Shown here one piece after another: positions 40,781 through 50,110 of a stretch of 55,907 nt of DNA (its first letter is position 1; the number at the start of each line of letters is the position of its first letter). The stretch comes from Sphaeroforma arctica JP610 (lineage: Eukaryota), in the NCBI RefSeq assembly GCF_001186125.1, contig NW_014040262.1, forward strand, positions 14,567 to 70,473, in the 5' to 3' direction. Position numbers and translations under genes: made by a program. The notes beneath the pieces were generated by a model. It was not told the DNA's origin and searched no databases. It saw only the letters and a list, made by a program, of their open reading frames with translations.

Positions 40781-40799
40781 CGTAGCTAGTAACTCCCTA

Positions 40800-41015
40800 A
40801 CCATCTTGTTTAAGTCTGGTCCGAAACGAGACAACATGTCGGGTAAGTGATTGTAAATACCCGGTATGTGTGTTATGCCGAAAGAAAATTTTGCGATCGT
40901 GTCATGCCACCGACTGACTAACTGTGAATTAGGTTTCTTGTCCTTTAGGTGTTGCAATGACTTCTGATCACATAGCACGTTAAATTGTGTGCTATATAGA
41001 TAGTCCGTAAAAATG
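40800..41015 (-). pseudogene. C-terminal part of Ty3/Gypsy RNase H
   Basis: FTDYLYSTQFNVLCDQKSLQHLKDKKPNSQLVSRWHDTIAKFSFGITHIPGIYNHLPDMLSR. The N-terminal part is missing (internal deletion near 41015-41030). Confidence 0.92.
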
Positions 41016-41029
41016 AGTGAGTGGGCTGA

Positions 41030-42216
41030 ATCTCGTTATCACCGAAGTGACATTTCTTACTGTTGACCTTAAAGTTGTGCTTGTTGAGTCTGTCTAGAAC
41101 CTCTCGCACAACCTTGTCGTGCTCCTCTTTGGTTTTGGTGAATACCACAATGTCATCAATGTATACTTGTACATTGTCCATGTCCCTAAACAAGTCTTGC
41201 ATAATTTGTTGAAAGAACGCAGGTAGCATGTGTAACCCAAAGGGGGCACCTTTGAACGAATATTGCTGACCCTCCCAGGTAAAGGTGAAATACTTCCGGT
41301 ATGGTTTGTAGATCTTCATCTGGTGGTAGCCCTGCTTCAGGTCGATAGTGGATAATATCTTAGCTCCCTCCATGCACCTGAGCAGTTCGTTTATCCTTGG
41401 TAAGTGGATATTGTGTGTCGGTATCAAAGTATTAATTGGGCTCATATCCAAACACACCCGAACTTTCTTCAGCGTCGCGTCAGAGTTGAATTGGTCGACG
41501 GCTAAAAGCGCTAGGTTGACGGGAGTCGGCTCATAGTTGACTGCGATCACTCCGTCATCTAACCATGCTTTAACCTGTTCTCGTACGACCTGCTCATGAC
41601 GCCATGGAACATAGTTACGTGTAGGACACTTCAGCTTCGAGAAATCTACTCTCATCAGGTCTAGACTAACGTATCCGTTATTGAATTTGAACTTAGCCCA
41701 GTCAGTGATCCGAATCTTGACATTCTCGAAAATCAAGTCCTTGACTTTCTCTGTAAAGTGAGGGATCATCTCCTTCACAGTCTTCGAAGGTTTATATACC
41801 GGTTTCAACAAGTTGTCGTCTGACTGATCCTTCTGTGGTTCAATGTTAGTAGGTAACCCTGTAATTGTGATACCTAATGACAATAAATCACCCATACCGA
41901 CTATGAGATCATAGTCTGGTGAAGTGTTACATATGACTGAATTAGTAACTGTAGTACGTTGGTCTGTCAATGTAAACCTAAGATCGATTGCCATTTCTCT
42001 GCAAGTGATCTCTCTTTCATCAGCCAGTTTCAACATAGTTGGCTCTGGCTTACGAGTTATGTCTGTCATTTTACAGAATCTAGAGGATATACATGAAATT
42101 TGCGAGCCCGGATCTAACAACGCTTTTATTTCATGTCCGTTAACTCGTATGTCAAGGATTATATGCTCGTCTTGAGGTGCGTCCTTTTGTCTTAGTGACA
42201 AGACCCGGTATGTTTG
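41030..42216 (-). pseudogene. pol: Aspartic protease + reverse transcriptase (Ty3/Gypsy type)
   Basis: IRVNGHEIKALLDPGSQISCIS..YDLIVGMGDL (retropepsin). VRVCLD..LPRINELL..GAKILSTIDLKQGYHQ..APFGL..PAFFQ..VYIDDIVVF..EEH..VLDRL..KKCHF (RT). ORF 40945-42201. Confidence 0.97.
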
Positions 42217-44944
42217 TCACTTAACTTCAACTTTTGGTTTCACCTTGCATGTATGCTTGTGGTAACCTCCAGTCCCGGTACAGTCGGCTCACTTCTCGAT
42301 AAAGTGCTTCCACTTTTCTTCGTGCCTTCCATTCCATCTGCCATTCGGCTCATGTTGGGTCATTCGCCAATTGCAATCAGTCTCACTACAGTTCTTGACC
42401 TCCCTATGCCTGGACTTAGGGTTGCCTGCCGGCGGTCCACTTCTGTTAGTCTGGTTATCCTTAGGGATGACATTGATCTTGTTGCCTTCAGAACCATTTA
42501 TATTTTTGTTCTTATTGCCACCCTTGTCAGCCCCTTTGTGTACCTTCTGACCTCCATTAGTGGACTGAGAGTCTCGACCATTGCTTGATCTTCCGGTAAG
42601 ATTGCCGCTGACCTTCTTCTGCGCATTAGTGACTTTCACCACGGAACTAGGGCGTTTGGTAAACGTCTGATCCGCTCTCGAGTAAAATTCAGCTCAGGTT
42701 AATTCCGCTAGCTTAGGTACCTCGATGGAGATCTCTCGTACCTTGTCCGGGTAAGATTGATGCATATCGGCGTACAGAATCTCTTGATCACTCCTATGTA
42801 GGTTTGACCAAAAGATTGTCTGTACCCATAGTACACACATGGATAGCTTGTCAGGTGACATCTCCTGAGTCTGGGCCCGTGACATGTGTGTGTCCAACTC
42901 TAATAAGTAGTGGGACACCGGCGTTCCTTCTTCCGGTGGTATCATGATCGATACAAGCAATTCTGGTCGAGGGTCCGTCGAAAATAAGTAGACGATCATC
43001 TCACTCTGCTCTTTCCACGTTTTCAGCTTAGTGATCGCTTGTTTCGCATTCTCTAACTTGTTATACTTGTAGCATAATCTGTCCAAACTCTTTCAAAGGC
43101 CTAGATAACAACGCCAGACTGCTAGTATCAATTGGATCCTTCCGGTCCTGTCGATCAGATCTGTATGTCGTTGGTAGTTTACCTATGTCCTTTACAAACT
43201 TCTTGCCTTCCACAGCCTTCTCGGTCTGAATCACTCTTAGTTTTGAATCAATCTTAGTCTGGAGGTGCGTAGCCATTGTCATATAAGGACTAGCGGCATC
43301 AATCCTACCTAGATCCATTGCCTCGAGTGAAGCTGCCTCAGCCTTGTTCATTTGAACAGTGAATTCAGCAATTTTTAGATCACTACTAGAGTGATCTGAT
43401 ACCTTCTTTTCTAACTGCATCTGACTATGCAGTCAGTTGTCTGCCTCATCCTTTGATCCATCACCTGTTCAATGTGAATGAACGCTTCTGATGGGACAAC
43501 ATCTTTTGTCGTCGTTGGGATAGTCGCTGGGGGCGAACTGCCTCCAGATGACGACAAAGATTTTCTAGCTTCCACCTGATCAGGTTTAGGCTCTTCGGTC
43601 GGTTTATCCTTCGGAAATACCTCTGGGGCACTCTGTGGATTTCTTCCGGTGGAGGATTTGGATTAGGCTCGCTCCTGTTCAGATGCCCTTCGCGACATCG
43701 CTGTTGCGTCCAATCCAGGAGAAGATTGAGCTTCGGATGAAGAAGATCGGATTCATTTGCCCCTCCATTGTCTGACAACATCTCAAACGCCAATATGGCT
43801 TGATAGAGTGCCAAATGGTTTGATATCAAGTCGGGAATGTCTCCAAGAAGATCCCGAATTGCGTACCAAATTAAGTGTGCAAAACTTCCATCGCCCCTAG
43901 TTCCGAATACCTTCGGTAGTATCTTTTGAAACTGACGGAAAAGTTTGCGTGCTTGCTTACCTTCGTCAGTTTTCATTGATATTAGCCGATTGTAGTATTT
44001 AGAATCCCTAAACAAATCATACCCAAACTTTCTTACCGCTGCATTCATCACATACCTCGGTGAGATGGTACCATCCGGTTTGGTCTTCATTACTTCTGGA
44101 AAGTACGTTCCATACGTATTTCAAAACACCCATGCCCTGTTGGCCCGCTGTCGGATTAACTCTCGTTGACCCTCCTCCTGGATACCAATTTGAGTCTGGT
44201 ATGGATGGCCCAGATCAAAGTTCTGTCGCCAAGCTGGTCGAAGTGGTGTTTTGGGTAAGCGCAGGAATTGTGAGTGCAACCTGGTTTCCGAATCGTCGTC
44301 CTGATGGTGAAGTGTATGGTCCACATCATCCGGACCTATATCCACGAAACGCAGTTGTTCTTCCGTTACGTTGATTTGCGATTGATCCAACAGTCTTTAT
44401 GCTATTGGCTCATCCTCCGAGTCATGCTCCTCTGATCCACCATGATATTGATCCTTCGCTGCGGCTTGCTTTTTCTTCCGCTGCTTAGTAGGTCTCAATT
44501 CATGTACCATTGGTTGGTAGCCCTTCAGGAAGGCTCTCCTATCCCTTGCTATCATATGATAAGTAGGATCTCTCCTACGTGCTGTACACGTGTCTACTGG
44601 TGGGGATGATACATCTGATTCCAGTGCATGTCGCACTTCCTCTGAAGTTAAATTGTCCGAGGATTGCGTTTTCTCGGCTTTACTCTTTCGAGATTTCGCC
44701 TTCTTCGCGAGTGGCTTCTGTGACAACGTAGTCACATTACCTCCGGATGCACCTACACCCGAGTCAACCAACTTCTTACGTTTCCGTTTAGTCAGAGTTG
44801 GTGCCGGTTGTACCGGCGTGATCTCAGTTGCTTCAGCTTCTACTGATGGTGCCGGGGTGTTTTTTGCTTTTCTCCGCCTACAGTAAACCTTTTCACGTTT
44901 GTAATTTTAGCTACATTCGCTGCCTTATTTTTTCTTTTCGTCAT
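42217..44944 (-). pseudogene. Fragmented ORF1 (gag-like, ~900 codons) of the Gypsy element
   Basis: Chain of minus-strand ORF pieces (44397-44771, 44121-44390, 43461-44090, 43061-43420, 42694-43086, 42289-42642) from ATG 44944. It ends in EK*ADCTGTGGYHKHTC (possible CCHC knuckle) in frame with pol. Confidence 0.7.
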
Positions 44945-45349
44945 AATATCGATAGCGTATTGTAAACATAAAAATACGTAAAACTCGGTCTCCTCTAGGC
45001 TGACTATACGATACCAAGACGTTTACGTTAATACTAAGTTTAGCTTCAGCCCTTGGTAATGAGCAAAAGATTAGGGGATTTTAGACTGAGACTATTGTCT
45101 ATATGCTCCGCTCTAATCACTCACTACTTCGGTCTAGATTTATTTATGTTTTAGTTACTAGGACAGGATATCATTTCATTGGACGCATAGTTTACATTTC
45201 ACGCCTCGAAACAATTACCTATTCAAACTAACCAACAAAATATCTCCAAGTCCAACTTAAGAAAATTAAAATTAAAATAAAAACACCAAATCGGTGCAGT
45301 ATACATCTGCACCTAAACCCCCACTTGGTACCTAGCTCTCCATCCCATT

Positions 45350-45720
45350 TAAGGCATAGACGGGCACATCTAGTTGGCTGGCTAGGAGGAATCAAAACCA
45401 TGTTGTCCTAAATTCTAACTACTCTGATTCTGTCCTTTATCTTGCTCTGATATTACTATCGAATTACACCATAGGCTTGTGCCAAAAACCATTTCATGCC
45501 TGAGACCCTCTCTCATGGTACTCCCGTTAATTAGAGATTCCCAAAGTGTCATTTTCAGATGTCAGATTGGTGTCGTTCCTATACTGTGTACAATTCTAAT
45601 TTCAGTGGAAGACCCAATCTATAGTTGGAAAACCACCTAATTATCCACAGTAGAGTCCCATACTCCACTGAGTACTATCACATGTTCAGAATCTTGAATA
45701 TCTCAGTTCTTGTTCATGTC
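45350..45720 (-). mobile_element. 3' fragment of a Penelope-like element (GIY-YIG relic + 3' region)
   Basis: 45355-45400 is a diverged inverted copy of 50025-50068 (gcacatct[a/g]gttggctg). Minus-strand relics include RF.EH, DSTV and PTIDW. Confidence 0.5.
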
Positions 45721-45839
45721 CAATTCGTTAAACGCATTCCTTTATTTTATAAATATAAACGTTATTACGTTATACATTTGTAATATACGTTAACTGTGCA
45801 ACTACTATTAGGGATAATAATATTTATTTCAAAAATGGC

Positions 45840-46870
45840 AAGTATGTATGATACAATGTATGAACATATGGTATGGCTCTCATAGTCGCTGTAGTGGTTC
45901 AGGAAAGATTGATGGGAAGAAGTGGTCAGTAAATTCCCGTTTGATGCTTAGGCCAAGTGAGTCGACAATGGAAGATATGTGCTGAGTCAATTCGGGCCGG
46001 TGTTGACAAAACACTGTTACTATCGAATGTTCCATATATTCGCTTGCTGACTTACTAAGTAGAGTACCCACCTCTGTGGTACGGATCGGGTCTGAGCCGT
46101 GTAGTGCCGCGGAATGGGTTAGTGCAGAGTACGAAATACCGAGAAGGACCAGGTTATCCGTCATAATCCGGTCGAGAAGGGAGGATGGGGGTAAGCCAAT
46201 GCCGCACCAGACCACGGATGAATTCGGTATTTGTTGGCTGGCCTGGATAGGAAGTATCATAGTCGGAACCAACAAGCACGATGATTTGGTTTGAACTGAT
46301 ATTTGGAAGTAGTACTTCAACAGCGTGATTAGCCGGGGTTTGGGGAACATCTGTTGATATGTCAGAGACGGGTGAGGGTACGGTGATTCTTCAACATGCT
46401 GGAGAAAAAATCCAAGGTGTTCGTGGAGGGTCCAGATACCGTGGAAGTCATGGCACTCATGTAATTGCTGAAGGAGGTCAGGGCCAATGGGCGGCAGTTT
46501 CGGGCCTACCAGGATGCGTCGAATCAATTGTTGGATGCAGGTAAAGTGGCTGGTAGTGAACTTGTGGCTACCGGGGCAGACAGGGCAGAGACAGCCATCG
46601 GTGCGGTAGTCGAACAATGTGAACATGTACGTATTCGTTACAATCATAGCACAGAGCCGGATTGGTGTAGGCTCGAGGTAGCGGTTGAAGCTGTCGTGTC
46701 TGGCCTTGTCACGGTTTGAGGTTAGCGGTTTACACATAACTAGTTGGTAGTAGTATTGGCGCCGGGCCATTGCCGCGATCTCCTTGTTGGACCATCGTTT
46801 TGTTGAGTTTGGTGGAGGGCTACATGGTCGGGTGTACGCCCGCCCGTGGTTTTGTGCACAGTTTTCAGGT
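45840..46870 (-). mobile_element. 5'-truncated non-LTR retrotransposon: ORF2 C-terminus with CCHC zinc finger plus extra ~200-aa domain
   Basis: Open 296-aa ORF 45880-46770 with CPVCPGSHKFTTSHFTC; CATA-rich tail after the stop. KARHDSFNRYLE resembles KFRLDSYNFSLQ (51622-51657) in the plus-strand LINE relic. Confidence 0.6.
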
Positions 46871-48752
46871 AAGCATAAATACTGTACGGGAAGCGCAGTT
46901 GATTCACCCTACAGTTTTCTACTTCTGAGAAGATATCTTACAATCTTACCCCTGGACAACAAATCAATACTACAGAATACAGCGAATGCACGATCGTTAT
47001 CACGATATCACGTCATTTACGAAAAATTATGTCACCTTTTGAATCTCTGCAAAATCGACCTTCACTCTTCGATAACGCAACCGTCCACAACGCTACAACC
47101 ACCGGACATACCTCATTGCCAATTGTATTCTCTCGACAACGTGCTCTTCCTGAATCTGCACCCCCATCCGTCTCCGTTACAGCTAGCCCAGATATGTTCG
47201 TTCAAGCACTTGTGCCATCAAACATTTACAAATCATAGCCACCGATTACACATACAGACATACGATGAATATCATGGACGGAATTGTTTTATCTCAACCG
47301 AACAATCACAATTTGTATGGCTGCTAAGGAATATCACTTACCTAAAAACTCACTTTCCGTTACTACTGAAGCGTAGCAACTCGACCCCGACGTTTGGTCC
47401 AAAGTTATGCAACATCTCAATTATAATAGCTCCACAACTGACTATTTTGCTTCATCAAAGAATACGCTACTCCTACGCCTCGCCGGCCCTGAAGGAGGTG
47501 AATTTCGCTGCTTTCGCCACAAAGGTTCTTTAATCTATTAAACGAGTGGGCTTATGGAAACCCTAGTTGATCCCTCAATTATGAGTGGAAAAAGATTGGC
47601 GTACAATGTGGAACAACTATCGCTATTATTGTTCCACTGCGCCCTTGCACAAAATGTTGCAACGTTTTTCTCTCGAATCTTCAACGTCAGCCGTACATCG
47701 TCCGCAACACAGCGAAAACGTTTCGTCAACATGGCACCACTAGTATGTTCAAACCTCCTTGGGCAAATTTATTATTTGCCCTCCGTGGACTTCTTCGCAC
47801 TGCTGTCACTTTGGGTTCGACACTTCAGACTGCATCACACTTGATAAGACTGACCCAGAATTAGCACACAAAGCGCTGCAATGTCTGTCCCGAGGTCAAG
47901 ATAGGCGAAAAGAATATAGTATCAGACTTCTGACAGCGTCACTGGACCTGCCGAACGTTTTCATATTGACATTCAGGTTCCTATGCCTTGGAACCAAACA
48001 TGGCCTCCATTTTAATTGGCAAGACCTCATTAACATACCCGGCTGTATACCCGAACTAGTACATTAAATTTCAGCCCACTATAAACCGTACACCAATATG
48101 GGTTTTTAGGTGAATGATTGGTGAATGGCTGAACCAACCAACCAATACTACAAAGCCACGCACATTATGAAAGCACTCCAGTTTACTACACAACCTACTC
48201 TATTAATTGAGCAGGATGTGAGCACAACCAACACTTTAATTACTACCCGGAGCATGACGGCCAACCAGACACAATATCTGATTTCCCTGAAATTCGAAAC
48301 TCGGGCAATATATCAAAACATCTGCTCAGATATAAGCATCTCTAAGGTGAGTATCCCAGGTGACGAAATAGTCATAGTACTTTCCGCACTTTCTACAACT
48401 TCCACATCTACTCATCCAGAGCAAATATCGCTTCTATAAAGTATGTTGACCAAAACGTGAACATAGTCAATACTCTAATTACTACTCGAATCATGGCTGC
48501 GCGCCAAGATACACCGCCTGAGATCCCCTCAGAAGTAGAGATCTCAGGATTTACAGCAACTGCCCAGTCACCAAAATAACTTCACAACAAGTATTATCAA
48601 GTGACGAAATGGACACTGCACTTTCCACACCTACACAATCAGAGTCAACACTGCTTACGCGCGTACCTATAACCTTACCATAGTGTTTTGTCAAGACCGT
48701 GTCCAATCAGGAAAATCGGCGTTTACCGTCTACTGACTCTCCAGGCAAAGCC

Positions 48753-49173
48753 AAATAGTCACAAGAGATGGCTATCACACACAAAATACACCCAAACTCA
48801 TGAATAATAAATAGTTCTGAGAGTGGTTTATGTCACGTTCTGACGCAAAATTTCCGTGGACTCAATGAACATAATGCACCAACACTCGAGCACGCTAAAG
48901 GAACCTATAACTTTATTATTATAGCGGAATGCTGGTACAACCCCTCAATCAACCGTAGACTCTAAATAGTTACAAGATATGGCTATCACACACAAAATAC
49001 ACCCAAACTCATTAGTAATAAATAGTTCTAAGAGTGGTTTATGTCACGTTCTGACGCAAAATTACCGTGGACTCAATGAACATAATGCACCAACACTCGA
49101 GGCACGCTAAAGGAACCTATATCTTTATTATTATAACGGAATGCTGGTACAACCCTTCAATCAACCGTAGACT
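48753..49173 (+). repeat. Tandem duplication of about 210 bp covering the APE start (48753-48961, 48964-49173)
   Basis: Two near-identical copies from aaatagt.acaaga to ccgtagact. The second copy has a 1-bp insertion (ctcgaggcac vs ctcgagcac). Confidence 0.95.
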
Positions 49174-49539
49174 GGAGAAAACGCAGGGGCTGAACATCAT
49201 CTGTCGATCACCGCCCATTTATTCACACCCAGACAGGGGTAGGGTTCTGATTTTGTCTAAACATGCGAAATCACAATTCTGGTGTAAAAGCCGGGCCTCC
49301 ACATTAGAATCTTGTATTATAAACGTACTCTTAATAGTACGTAAAACGTACTTTTAAAGGTACGTAAACTCTTAAATGGGTTTTATCGGTTTTTATTAAT
49401 TAAATACCTTTTCTTTTACATATTAGATATTTGGACAAGGCCATTAAAAGGCCGCGGTAAAAATACCAAATATAAGATTTGGTCTAGTTCTATTAATAGA
49501 ACTATATTAACCTTCCAAATCTATTTATATCTGAATACT

Positions 49540-50110
49540 TCGGTAGCGAGATGGCTCAACCGAACATAGGTTTCTAAGGACTATTAGCGTTGCTTAGTTT
49601 ATCTTGGTCGAAGAAGGGAGACCGGTTGTAGACAGGTAGTGACTATACTCTGCGGACAGATAGCTACTCTCCCCGGAGGGGTCAAGAGATCCAGATGGCG
49701 TTTATAAATCACACTTGATCTGCAGGGGTGTGAATAATGACCTTCATGTGGGGAAGACTAAGGTTATACCAGTAGTCTACTGGGTAAAATGTAAGGGGAT
49801 GCTGGCGGTAGCTGACTTATTGATCCCTCCAGCCATATGGATGACCATTTATCTATTCGTAGTGCTCCCTGAGTAGTATCTTTATAGATAGACCAGTCAT
49901 ATCTCAATTCACACGGTATCTGGGATTCAATTACCTACTCACAAGTGAGAGTAGAGAGATGAAATAATGAGTGGTGGCCTGGGCCCCGGAAATCTTAGGT
50001 TTCAAAGGACTATTAGCGTTGCTTTGTTTATCCTCCGTTCAGCCAACCAGATGTGCCAGTCTGATGAAGGCTAAGTCGGTAATTCTTGATAAGTGGCAAG
50101 CTATTGGTTA
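49540..50110 (+). mobile_element. Penelope-like element 3' end / pseudo-LTR (GIY-YIG relic, 37-bp direct repeat, hammerhead relic)
   Basis: DGVYKSHLICRGVNNDLHVGKTK (49694-49762; GVY...C...YVG.T) and YLNS..SGIQLP (~49900-49940). Direct repeat 49567-49603 / 49996-50032; CTGATGA core at 50061. Confidence 0.65.
50045..50109 (+). ncRNA. Degenerate type I hammerhead ribozyme (PLE-associated)
   Basis: Stem I tgccagt/agtggca plus aacca/tggtt, core CTGATGA, stem II ggc-taa-gtc. The GAAA box reads GGTAA, so it is probably inactive. Confidence 0.5.

Larger units (their letters stand above)
34980..44944 (-). mobile_element. Decayed Ty3/Gypsy-type retrotransposon, domain order ORF1(gag-like)-PR-RT-RH-MTase-IN-(chromo?), interrupted by a Penelope-like insertion; LTRs not identified
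   Basis: Protease ALLDPGS, RT YIDD, RNase H ..CDQKSL..RW..HIPGIYNHLPDMLSR, MTase IEMFA/NPPW and integrase IIDL..SDNGSEF..PQTQGANE are collinear on the minus strand, with several stops and frameshifts. Confidence 0.92.

Noticed and set aside
35308..42201. Calling the element a DIRS retrotransposon because of the MT domain
   Set aside because: It has a retropepsin and a DDE integrase, and no tyrosine recombinase (R..H..R..Y) was seen.
34400..45800. LTR pair and primer-binding site for the Gypsy element
   Set aside because: No convincing long direct repeats by eye. TGGTATC at ~45010-45016 (minus) matches only 7 nt of an iMet PBS and is not preceded by an LTR-like CA end.
46784..47533. 249-aa plus-strand ORF as a host gene
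   Set aside because: Its start overlaps the antisense of the LINE fragment, it has no recognisable motifs or introns, and it sits in the TE nest. Probably TE-derived; left unassigned.
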